64,000 bases of DNA, taken from IMG/VR virus record IMGVR_UViG_3300023173_000013, positions 7,021 to 71,020 of that record; one strand, 5' to 3'. The notes under the pieces were generated by a model. That model did no database searches and was not told the DNA's origin. It saw only the letters and a program-made list of their open reading frames with translations. Positions 28,441-36,985 of this stretch are shown here, one piece after another. Numbering within the stretch: the first letter of the stretch is position 1; every line of letters starts with the position of its first letter. Source of the DNA: a virus (taxonomy: Duplodnaviria; Caudoviricetes). The position numbers and the translations under genes are program-made.

Positions 28441-29243
28441 CAGAACAAGTACTCCTGTGTTTGGCTTAATCTCTTTTGAGCAATCTTAAAATATTCTTCG
28501 TTAATCTCCGACCCTATGTATTTCCTCTTGGTGATCTTAGCCATCTTAGCTGTAGTTCCTGACCCTAAGAATGGGTCATAAACTAAGTCTCCCTCATTAG
28601 ACCAAGAAATGATGTGATCGTGAGCTAGGTTTTCGGGAAATGTAGCAGGGTGTTCAAAGGCATACACATCTAAGGTTGAATGTCCTCTACCTGTTAAGTA
28701 TGACCAAATGTTGGTTCTCCTACCGAACTCCCCGTATGACCCTCTTGTGATAGGAATAAGCTCTCCATCTTTCAGTCTTTTTGTACCCTTATCCATTTCT
28801 CTTTTCTCTTTATTTTTCCTGTCTTTTATTAAGTTAATTGTCGCAGGAGAACCCTTAGAAAAGACGAACATATATTCAAAAGACTGCCAATAAATCTTAT
28901 TATTCCCTACAGCACCATTTGACCCTTTTTGATATATCATAGTGTCCGTAAGGTTAAGCCCACATTCCATGAAATAGAGAGCCTGTTTGAAGCTAGACCC
29001 TGTTTCACTCCCATCTACTGTAGCGTCACCAACCACCCAAACGATGACCCCACCTTCTTTGATTATCCTACATAACTCTGAGATGATTGGTTTCCAAACA
29101 GACTCACTCCAAGTTTTATCTATCTCGTTATCGTAAGCTCTGAGGTTGTCATAAGGTGGGCTAGTAACCACTAGGTCAATAGACCTATCTTCCATTCTGC
29201 CCATAGTGTCCAAACAGGACTCGTTAAAGATCATGTTTTCCAT
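28440..29243 (-). CDS. Beta-class N4-cytosine/N6-adenine DNA methyltransferase
   Basis: DLVVTSPPY (motif IV) near the N-terminus, HPATFP, then VYDPFLGSGTT (motif I): beta-class order. Confidence 0.9.
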   Translation of the reverse strand: MENMIFNESCLDTMGRMEDRSIDLVVTSPPYDNLRAYDNEIDKTWSESVWKPIISELCRIIKEGGVIVWVVGDATVDGSETGSSFKQALYFMECGLNLTDTMIYQKGSNGAVGNNKIYWQSFEYMFVFSKGSPATINLIKDRKNKEKREMDKGTKRLKDGELIPITRGSYGEFGRRTNIWSYLTGRGHSTLDVYAFEHPATFPENLAHDHIISWSNEGDLVYDPFLGSGTTAKMAKITKRKYIGSEINEEYFKIAQKRLSQTQEYLF

Positions 29244-29246
29244 TTC

Positions 29247-29336
29247 TTAAAATCCAAATAAATCTACTTGTTTCGGTAAGCTCGTATTCTTCAACCATAT
29301 CGCTTCTTGGAAGTTCTGTATCTTCAACCCTTTCAT
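29247..29336 (-). CDS. 29-aa mini-ORF MKGLKIQNFQEAIWLKNTSLPKQVDLFGF (gene remnant or clamp-binding peptide)
   Basis: Manual translation. It fills the gap exactly, starting 1 nt after the upstream TAG, and ends in the same GGA-NTT-TAA-GAA-ATG junction as the neighbouring genes. Confidence 0.5.
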   Translation of the reverse strand: MKGLKIQNFQEAIWLKNTSLPKQVDLFGF

Positions 29337-29337
29337 A

Positions 29338-30531
29338 CTAGACCCCTAAAAACGTGTCAGAGTTCCATTTAGGTTCGAGGGCTTCCCCTTTACTCCACAC
29401 CCATATTGGCTCACAGAAAACCTTACCTACGTTCTCCATATTTTTGCCAGGTCTGCCCCCCATTTGATAACCTAAAACACCCTCATAAGTAGCTCCAAGA
29501 GATTCCATATATCTTAACATGGGCTGACATATTTCCTCTCGCTCTCCATTGGTATAAGCGTCAGCGATATTGACGAGTATTCTGCCCCCGTCTTCAAGAC
29601 ACTCCCAACACTTGGATAAAGTAGGAAATAGAAAGCCCTCTAGCCATGCGTTTATCTTTGGGTATCTCTTCCAACTCTGAGTGTCTTCTTCGCTATATCT
29701 TTCAAGTGTGAAATAAGGTGGCGAGGTAAATACAAAGTCCACCTTAACACCTGTCAAATCGGCTTCCTCAGCAGGCGAACAGATGAGCTTGACCTCTTTA
29801 CCTGTATCACAGAAATGGCTGATCTTTTGATAGGGTTCATGGAGTTTAGAGTTAGGGTCTATCCCTATGTAGCTCTCGGCATTGGAAGCATGAAACCCTA
29901 CTAAGCGATCACCCCAACCTGCTGAGAAGTCTAAGACTCGTCTCGCTTGAAATGTGTTGTAGACTACCTTAGCTGATTCGGGCTTGAACTGACTCGCTAT
30001 GTAAGACCTCATGCTAAGGGCTGATCGCAGGGCTTTGTCGTTCAAGTCTCCATCAAACATATCAGGGTTAAAGATATAGTTCAGAAATGACTTTTTATCG
30101 CTTTGCCAAGCTCGGTGAGGAGACATGAATCTTTGGTGTCCTACTTCCATACGAGCTTCTTGAGTGAACAAGTCTGAGACTTGACCTCCTAGTCGAGCTG
30201 TTGCAGGGATATAGTAAGATTCTCCTCTATATAGAAATGGGACATCTTGAACGAGTCGATTACACTCCCACTCACCTTTTGTGAATAGACTTTCATTATT
30301 CTTGAGCCTGTTAAACTCCTCTTTGACAGAGGATTGGGTGTACTCTCGATAAGGAAATGTAATCTCACCTGTGTTGATGAGTTCTTTAAGGCGATCTAAG
30401 ACTTCTTCTCGACTATAGTGAGAAATGACTTCTTGCCATAGTCCTTTAGAAATGTATAGGTTGCCTTGTACGTCCTTGATTTGACTGAGATCAAGGAGTT
30501 TAGGGGGTTCTTTGTCGTAATCTAAAAACAT
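29338..30531 (-). CDS. SAM-dependent DNA amino-methyltransferase, paralog C
   Basis: VLDFSAGWGDRL and FTSPPYF. The catalytic region is very similar to paralog A. Confidence 0.8.
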   Translation of the reverse strand: MFLDYDKEPPKLLDLSQIKDVQGNLYISKGLWQEVISHYSREEVLDRLKELINTGEITFPYREYTQSSVKEEFNRLKNNESLFTKGEWECNRLVQDVPFLYRGESYYIPATARLGGQVSDLFTQEARMEVGHQRFMSPHRAWQSDKKSFLNYIFNPDMFDGDLNDKALRSALSMRSYIASQFKPESAKVVYNTFQARRVLDFSAGWGDRLVGFHASNAESYIGIDPNSKLHEPYQKISHFCDTGKEVKLICSPAEEADLTGVKVDFVFTSPPYFTLERYSEEDTQSWKRYPKINAWLEGFLFPTLSKCWECLEDGGRILVNIADAYTNGEREEICQPMLRYMESLGATYEGVLGYQMGGRPGKNMENVGKVFCEPIWVWSKGEALEPKWNSDTFLGV

Positions 30532-30533
30532 TG

Positions 30534-31160
30534 TTATTTACCCATTTTAAATGTACCACCAACCTGTAGCTTTTTAGGTGGTACAGCCCATTCATCAACT
30601 ACTTTTTTAGGTTGCTGTTTAGGGGTTTCGTCAAGCCCTCCAATGATGATTTCTTGGGGGGCAGTATTCATCTGCCTTGTGAAAGGTTTCACAGGCTCAG
30701 AGGTTTTTATAGGCTCTGTAAGATTAGGTTCAGGACTAGGAGCAACCCTACTAACAGGCTCAGCAGAAACGACATCATCGTGTGTCTCAGTAGGTACTCG
30801 ATCTCCTTGTCCGTCTTCGGTGACAATATCAATCTTAACAGGTTCTTTTTCCACTTTAACTTGAGGAGCAACTCCCCAAATTTCTGTTGTAGTGGGTGCT
30901 TGAAATAACTCAAAATCTACAATCCCTTCCCACCGAGAAGACTCATTCTGAGCCACGATGTTGGGGTTGTGTAGGAAACGATCTGCTTGGGTGCTGATAC
31001 GTTCTTCCCAAGATGAAGAAGCCCACTTTGCTCTATCGCAGGACTTATTCTTACACCTCTTACAGAAGATCGAGGTAAACTCGTTTTCGGGGATTCTTTG
31101 GTCATTGCACTCGCCTAACAGATCGTTTTTCATACTTATCTCCTTATATAAATAAAGCAC
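30534..31160 (-). CDS. Hypothetical protein with a Cys-rich N-terminus (likely start 31133)
   Basis: C..FC..C.N..C pattern and a Pro-rich tail. AAGGAG lies upstream of the ATG at 31133. Confidence 0.5.
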   Translation of the reverse strand: MLYLYKEISMKNDLLGECNDQRIPENEFTSIFCKRCKNKSCDRAKWASSSWEERISTQADRFLHNPNIVAQNESSRWEGIVDFELFQAPTTTEIWGVAPQVKVEKEPVKIDIVTEDGQGDRVPTETHDDVVSAEPVSRVAPSPEPNLTEPIKTSEPVKPFTRQMNTAPQEIIIGGLDETPKQQPKKVVDEWAVPPKKLQVGGTFKMGK

Positions 31161-33840
31161 TCACATCTTTATTGTTATACTGCACGATACCTCCCTCATT
31201 CTCAACTAACCAAAGGGCTACATTTCTAGCTTCTTCTTTAGTTAGCTCACCTATTGTGTAGACAGGCTTAGAGGGTTCAGACTTGACCTCTTTTTTGGGA
31301 GCCTGCTCCTCACTCCCTTGCTCATAGAAGATACGACCTAAAGACTCAGGTACAGGTACTTGTATTTCCTTGTATTTCTTCTTGCCTTCCTCGTCTACGC
31401 CATCAGGCACGAGCTTTTCTTTATAGCCACGCTTGAGGTCTTTGAGGTCATAAGGGACACCCCAAGTCTTACCGATCTCTACGTCTACAAGTAGAGGTAC
31501 AGCCCAACCTTGATTAGCGATACCTTTATTTCTCGACATGAGATTGGTGAGTACAGGGATAGCTTCACCGATTACGTCTTCATGTATCTCAAAAACGATT
31601 TCGTCATGGACAGTCAGAATCATCTTGAGCTTATCGAACCAACCACGCTTCTTGACCTCTTTATAGATCAGACTCATAGCGAGCTTGGTGATGTCTGCAC
31701 TCGTACCCTGCACAGGGCCATTCACAGCTTTACGCTCGTCTTTTGATTTCTTTCTGAAGTCACCCTCATTAATGTCAGGTAGGGGCTGAACACGACCAAA
31801 AGCTGTCTTTACATAGCCATGCTTACGACCAAAGTCATGTTGGTGAGTCCACCACTTCGCAAGAGTCTTATAAGTGCCTGTGAACTTCCTGTATTTCTCC
31901 TCACCCTCTTGAGCCGAGCAACCGATAGTACGCTGTACGGCTTTACCTGTCCCACCATAAGAGAGAGCAAAGTTACACCCTTTGCCATTTCCTCGCTTGT
32001 CTTTCCAATCGGGCAAATTCTTAGCGTTCTCGCCATAGAAAGCAACTGCTGTGACGGTGTGAAGATCGCCTATTCGGTCAGAGCCACAAACGCAATAAGT
32101 GGGGGTTGCTTTAGGGATATTATCATCATTCATTTCCTGTGGGTATTGTTTCCCACAATCTGAACACTCGAAGAACGCTTTAACCCATAGAGGTTCTTTG
32201 CTGAGGTTGGTGACTAAGCGAAGCTCAACACCTGCATAGTCGATTGCGACTAGCCACCACCCATCACCTCTTGAAGCGATACAATCACGCATATAAGAAA
32301 TGATAGCAGGCTTCTTGTCCTTGTCTTTCCCATAAGCAGGAATACCTTGAAATGGTACTCTACAGCCCCCGTCTTTGACTTCCCAAGGCTTAGAGGTGGA
32401 CTTGCAAGAGAAACGACCTGTATCAGCCGCAAACTGATCGAAGCGAGGTTTCAGAGTTCCGTCTTTACCCACATCTTCGACAAAGGGGATAAGGTATTGA
32501 CCGAGAGCTTTAGAGAGGAAACGTAAGTTCTTAACTTTCCCCATGAATGGGAAGTCTTTCTCAGCTTTTTCGATCACATCATCAAGCACATCGCCTGCTG
32601 TGACTACTTGACCCGATTTCTCAGAGGCGATGAGGTTAGGTACTTTTAACTCACGAAATAAGAGTCCAAGTTGCTGAGGAGACATAATGTCATAGACGAT
32701 AGGGAAATCGATTTTCTCAGTCCCTGCTTCCTTGCCCACGAGAGCCACGTTTTTTGAGATGACTTGAACAGGGTCGGGGTAGTTTCTTTTCGCTTCCTTG
32801 CGAGCTTCATCAACTCTAATCTTATAGGACATCTTAGAGTCATTTCCTACGTCATCGGGTTCAAAGATGTTGATCGCACCTTTGATCTCACCTTTCATTA
32901 TCCGAAGGTAGTTAGGGGTTATATCTCGACCTAAGATTTCACTTGCTCCGTCATATACTTCAAGCAAACTTTCCCACCATAGGCGTTGCCCTTCTTTACA
33001 AGACTCTAAGGCTCTATTTCTGTCTACATACACTCTGCTTCTGTGCATCCAACTTACTGAAACGAGGCACATTTTTTCTAAGTTGTAGATTGAATCTGAG
33101 TGTTCGGGTGCGTCTACATATTGACCTCTTAGAATGTTCCATACACGAAGCGTACAGAGAGGGTCAGCCGCAGCGTACCATACACAAGGCTCCCAACTTG
33201 GGTCGAGGGTGGCGTAATCCTTAATCTTCTCATCGGGGATTAGCTCGTTGAGTTCGATCATCTTCATACCACAGAGTTGATCTGATAGAGCCTTCAGTCC
33301 TCGCCCACCTTTTTGGCGAGGGTTAAGCAGGTACTTAACAATGAGGGTGTCTTCCCATTTCTTATGATCGTCCCACCGATCTACCCCAAGAGGGAAGAAG
33401 CCGTTATACTCAAGAAATACGGAGTCAAATGCGATGTTGTGGAAGACAGGATTAGCCTTAGTGTCAGGGTGAAATAGCCTCCCAAACTCTTTGCCGACCA
33501 TAGACCAAGGAATGTTATATTCTGAGCCTGCTCTGTGTCCGATTGGGAAATAGTAAGCCTTGTCGGGTGTGGGTGCGAGTCCGATACCCACGATAGAGTC
33601 AACTGTTCTGCCGTCAAAAACTCGGTTATCAAGCCCCGTAGTTTCAATGTCACAGCCATATATTTCTGAAGCGATACACTCATCAATCGCTTGGGTGAGG
33701 TTTTCTTTAGTGCCAAGTATCAACTCAACATCGTTCATCCAATCGTACTTTTCGATTGAGGGCTTTCTGAGGTCTGCTAGGAAATCGTCAAACAAGGGCT
33801 TCTCCTTACTCTGTTTATATGTGAGGGTTATGAAGTACAT
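31144..33840 (-). CDS. polA: DNA polymerase, family A, with a 3'-5' exonuclease domain (probable TTG start at 33795)
   Basis: ExoI DIETTG, ExoII HNIAFD, ExoIII YAAAD; motif A IDYAGVELR, motif B RGNGKGCNFALSYGG, motif C TVHDEIVFE. Confidence 0.95.
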   Translation of the reverse strand: MYFITLTYKQSKEKPLFDDFLADLRKPSIEKYDWMNDVELILGTKENLTQAIDECIASEIYGCDIETTGLDNRVFDGRTVDSIVGIGLAPTPDKAYYFPIGHRAGSEYNIPWSMVGKEFGRLFHPDTKANPVFHNIAFDSVFLEYNGFFPLGVDRWDDHKKWEDTLIVKYLLNPRQKGGRGLKALSDQLCGMKMIELNELIPDEKIKDYATLDPSWEPCVWYAAADPLCTLRVWNILRGQYVDAPEHSDSIYNLEKMCLVSVSWMHRSRVYVDRNRALESCKEGQRLWWESLLEVYDGASEILGRDITPNYLRIMKGEIKGAINIFEPDDVGNDSKMSYKIRVDEARKEAKRNYPDPVQVISKNVALVGKEAGTEKIDFPIVYDIMSPQQLGLLFRELKVPNLIASEKSGQVVTAGDVLDDVIEKAEKDFPFMGKVKNLRFLSKALGQYLIPFVEDVGKDGTLKPRFDQFAADTGRFSCKSTSKPWEVKDGGCRVPFQGIPAYGKDKDKKPAIISYMRDCIASRGDGWWLVAIDYAGVELRLVTNLSKEPLWVKAFFECSDCGKQYPQEMNDDNIPKATPTYCVCGSDRIGDLHTVTAVAFYGENAKNLPDWKDKRGNGKGCNFALSYGGTGKAVQRTIGCSAQEGEEKYRKFTGTYKTLAKWWTHQHDFGRKHGYVKTAFGRVQPLPDINEGDFRKKSKDERKAVNGPVQGTSADITKLAMSLIYKEVKKRGWFDKLKMILTVHDEIVFEIHEDVIGEAIPVLTNLMSRNKGIANQGWAVPLLVDVEIGKTWGVPYDLKDLKRGYKEKLVPDGVDEEGKKKYKEIQVPVPESLGRIFYEQGSEEQAPKKEVKSEPSKPVYTIGELTKEEARNVALWLVENEGGIVQYNNKDVSALFI

Positions 33841-33860
33841 ATCAGAATAGGAGTAAAGCC

Positions 33861-34235
33861 ATGAGTAACTTTTGGATAAATGGTAGTGGTCACAACACGC
33901 TCAAAGGGAGCTACACAAATCCTGCTAACCCACCTTTCTTGCCTGACCATGTGATTTTAGAGTTCTTAAAAGAGCATGAGAAATCGAGAGAGGACTTGTT
34001 CGCTCTACTACCAAGTATGTTGCCCGAAGAACAAGCTCGCCTTGAGGAGCTAATCGAAAGTCACCCCTCAATACTCATTTCCAATAAGCCACCTCAGCAG
34101 ATTGAAGACAACTTTCAGACTTCAATGAACGACTTGAGGGTTAACAATACTATGTTAGGTCAGCTTAGAGGGAAAACACAGCCTTCAAACACCAAGAGTG
34201 GGTTAAGGATAAACACCAAGCCTTTACTTAGATAA
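33861..34235 (+). CDS. Hypothetical protein
   Basis: 124-aa ORF with RBS AGGAG and an upstream TTTATA. Confidence 0.55.
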   Translation: MSNFWINGSGHNTLKGSYTNPANPPFLPDHVILEFLKEHEKSREDLFALLPSMLPEEQARLEELIESHPSILISNKPPQQIEDNFQTSMNDLRVNNTMLGQLRGKTQPSNTKSGLRINTKPLLR

Positions 34236-34293
34236 ATCTTTTATCTGTCAGACAATGTAAAAACAAACACTCTAAACCTAATGGGAGATTGGT

Positions 34294-34647
34294 ATGACCA
34301 CTCAAAAATCACAAGACCCAACACACTTGAGTAGCGTTCCTCTTAAAAGCAAGAAGTTCCTTGCCTACTTGATCGCAGATGTAGGGTGGAAGATTCTCAT
34401 GTTCTATGTTGTGTGGGAGTACAAGACTCAAATCGACCACTATGCGTTTATGGTACTTGTCACCATGATTGTCACGAGTGGTTTCATTCAGATTGGCTAC
34501 ATATTAGGGCAAGCGGCACTAGATAAATACACCCATGTAGCGACTACAGCTTTAGAGCAAAATGGAGGTAAACCGACTCCTCCAAAACCAAAAAAGTCTG
34601 AGCCTCCTTTAGGGTCTGATACTGACGACTTTGATGGTACTCTATAA
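34294..34647 (+). CDS. Small membrane protein, holin-like (two predicted helices)
   Basis: Hydrophobic segments FLAYLIADVGWKILMFYVVW and AFMVLVTMIVTSGFIQIGYILG, plus a charged C-terminal tail. Confidence 0.4.
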   Translation: MTTQKSQDPTHLSSVPLKSKKFLAYLIADVGWKILMFYVVWEYKTQIDHYAFMVLVTMIVTSGFIQIGYILGQAALDKYTHVATTALEQNGGKPTPPKPKKSEPPLGSDTDDFDGTL

Positions 34648-34661
34648 GAAAGGAAATAGAT

Positions 34662-36218
34662 ATGCCTTCTTATGATGACTTAAATGTTCGGGACAGAAAA
34701 GAACAGATCAAGCACGTTAAAGCTACGGAGAGAGCAATCTCTACGATTGCTAGAAATGTAGCTAAAAAAGGGTTAGTTTTTGATTCAGTTAAAGACTTTA
34801 TTTCTGACGCTCAAGGTATGAGAAATATACAGTCTTTTCTCGACAAGTATGCAGGCAAAGAAATAGAGGGTCATGGTAATCCTCGTAATGTTAGAAGCAT
34901 CGCACAGAACAGAGCTAAACTCCTTAGAGCCTTAGCTAAGATTGTGGTTGAAGGGGCTTCCATTTCCGACCCTGAAATACAAGACCAAGTTACGTTGTCT
35001 GCTGAGCTAGGTTTCGAGTACAAGTTCTTGGGTACAGAGCAACAAAGTTTGAGAGATGCCCTAGAGGTAGACATCAGGAAATTCTTACCTCGCAATCTTG
35101 TTTTAGATGTGGATAAAGCAGGTAAGGTGACAGGTGTTCGTGAGCGTGTAGGAAATCAGATCAGAAGCCTTACGCATAAGCACAACATACTCGTTCAGAC
35201 TATTGGGAAATATAACTCTATGTTAACGTCTGTGAAAGCAGACCTCATGTCATCGAATAACGAGAGGGACACCCTTAACGCTATCCTTACAGCTATTATG
35301 TTAGAGACAGGAGTTCGTGTTGGTGGTGGTAGACCTGGCAAAACGATTAAGAAACTTGCAGACGGCACTAAAGTAGAAGTAAAAACTTTCGGCTTAACCG
35401 AGCTTCGACCTTCTCATGTCAAGAGCTTGCAAGCGAGCCGTTTTGAAATAGAGTTAGTTGGGAAATACGGTAACACTCTTCTTTATGAGATGACTGATTC
35501 TGATATTGCTACAGCTCTCAAGCCTTATGTGGATAAAGCAACTTTAGATGCAGGAATGGACTTGGGAACTCCGTCTAAAGAGCCTCCTGTTTTTAGAGGT
35601 TTGAATGGTTGGAGATACGACTACACGAAGCTCATTAAGTATATAGATCGTAAGTTTGGGCAGTTCGATATGAAGCCTCACGATTTCCGTATGCTTTTCG
35701 CTAATAGGAGATTGTTTGAGGTTATGGAGGGAGATCAAGAGCAACTACACGAAGATGTGAAAGCCCTTGTAGACGCAGGTACTCAGAATCTCCAAGAAGC
35801 AGTGGCTACTAGAGTGACTCAGTTTATTAATGATGCGATTAAGGCTGTCTCCGATTCCCTGCACCACTCAGAAATGGGTAGTGCGATTGACTACTATATC
35901 GCCCCTAACTTTGTTTTGAATTTCCTTCATCAAGGCTACATTGAAAGAAATATAAGCAAGGCTGTCGCACAAGGTTATGACACAGTATCTTTTGACATAC
36001 AGAAGTTCATTGATGTTGCGAACCTATTTGGGACTGATTCTTATCCTCTCAAGAGAGCTACTGATCTTTCACAGCTTCTTCAAGCTATGGACAGTGAAAT
36101 GGGCGAGGTGACAGGTAGTTATGACCTTAGTTCGCTCTTAGAGGACATGGATAGTGAAATGGGCGAGGTGACAGGTTCTATCATGGGCATAAGAGCCTTA
36201 AGAAGTAAAAGAGGATAA
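34662..36218 (+). CDS. DNA topoisomerase IB-like tyrosine phosphotransferase, paralog 1
   Basis: LETGVRVG (Arg), TFGLTEL, LVGKYG (Lys), HDFR (Arg), HHSE (His) and IDYYIAP (Tyr, nine residues after His). Confidence 0.75.
   Translation: MPSYDDLNVRDRKEQIKHVKATERAISTIARNVAKKGLVFDSVKDFISDAQGMRNIQSFLDKYAGKEIEGHGNPRNVRSIAQNRAKLLRALAKIVVEGASISDPEIQDQVTLSAELGFEYKFLGTEQQSLRDALEVDIRKFLPRNLVLDVDKAGKVTGVRERVGNQIRSLTHKHNILVQTIGKYNSMLTSVKADLMSSNNERDTLNAILTAIMLETGVRVGGGRPGKTIKKLADGTKVEVKTFGLTELRPSHVKSLQASRFEIELVGKYGNTLLYEMTDSDIATALKPYVDKATLDAGMDLGTPSKEPPVFRGLNGWRYDYTKLIKYIDRKFGQFDMKPHDFRMLFANRRLFEVMEGDQEQLHEDVKALVDAGTQNLQEAVATRVTQFINDAIKAVSDSLHHSEMGSAIDYYIAPNFVLNFLHQGYIERNISKAVAQGYDTVSFDIQKFIDVANLFGTDSYPLKRATDLSQLLQAMDSEMGEVTGSYDLSSLLEDMDSEMGEVTGSIMGIRALRSKRG
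36063..36182 (+). repeat. 60-bp tandem duplication encoding DLSxLLxxMDSEMGEVTGS twice
   Basis: ATGGA(C/T)AGTGAAATGGGCGAGGTGACAGGT is repeated at a 60-nt period. Confidence 0.9.
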
Positions 36219-36282
36219 GTTCGTTAAATTCGGGTTAGTTTTGGGGTATGATCTCCCATTAGTACACTAGAGGAGATTTTTC

Positions 36283-36873
36283 ATGTCTAACGTATTTGGT
36301 GGTAAAAATAAGAACAGTCTTTACATACCTATGTCCGAGATTGAGCAAGAGTTTATTTCTCGGCTTGCAGAGAAGAATGAGTTTTACATTATCATTCACG
36401 AATGGGGTTATGTGGATAACCCTACCCTCGTGTTTGGGGATAAGAATCTGCACTTTGGGTTCAAGATGTTCTTTGATCGACCTGAAAACCCTATGCCTGT
36501 TCATTTCTTTGATATGGAGCTTCGTACCCGTTCGGGCATGAGTCTATTTCGTCAAAAGATGAACTTAGGTTATGGAGGTCAGCCTATGCTTATCATGCAA
36601 GGATTAGAGCTAGAAATGGTGTGGGACATAGCTCTTAAAAACATAGACCCGAAGATCATCAAGCAGTTGATGCCTAATACGGTTGGTTTGACTTCTCGCT
36701 TACAAGACACCACAACAGGCGAGATCACTTTGCTAGGAAATATGAATCTTAGTAGAGAAGCGAGAGACTTAGCTCACAAACTCGACCAAGCAGAAAAGGC
36801 ACTTCCTATCTTAGAGCAAAAGTATAGAGCTGAGGACAGGAAGAAAGCTCAAGAGAAAGCCAAGAAGTCTTAA
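36283..36873 (+). CDS. Hypothetical protein
   Basis: 196-aa ORF with RBS GAGGAG. Confidence 0.6.
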   Translation: MSNVFGGKNKNSLYIPMSEIEQEFISRLAEKNEFYIIIHEWGYVDNPTLVFGDKNLHFGFKMFFDRPENPMPVHFFDMELRTRSGMSLFRQKMNLGYGGQPMLIMQGLELEMVWDIALKNIDPKIIKQLMPNTVGLTSRLQDTTTGEITLLGNMNLSREARDLAHKLDQAEKALPILEQKYRAEDRKKAQEKAKKS

Positions 36874-36985
36874 AAAGGAGAGTTTTCACCACTTAGATTA
36901 TCTCAACCTTTCTCATGCTCATTTCTCCCGATGTACTTTGTTTATCCGTTAAGAGTTGTAGATTTCCCGAAAGAGAGAAGTATAA

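Noticed and set aside
29220-29340. TAG read-through of MTase C (would add YERVED...IWILRNGKHDL)
   Set aside because: The alternative ATG frame ends in the same junction and tail as the neighbouring genes, and nothing else in the window suggests TAG recoding.
31144-33840. Intein or intron in the polymerase or helicases
   Set aside because: The motifs are contiguous, with no C/S...HN intein termini or LAGLIDADG blocks. The only insert is the short Cys4 ribbon.
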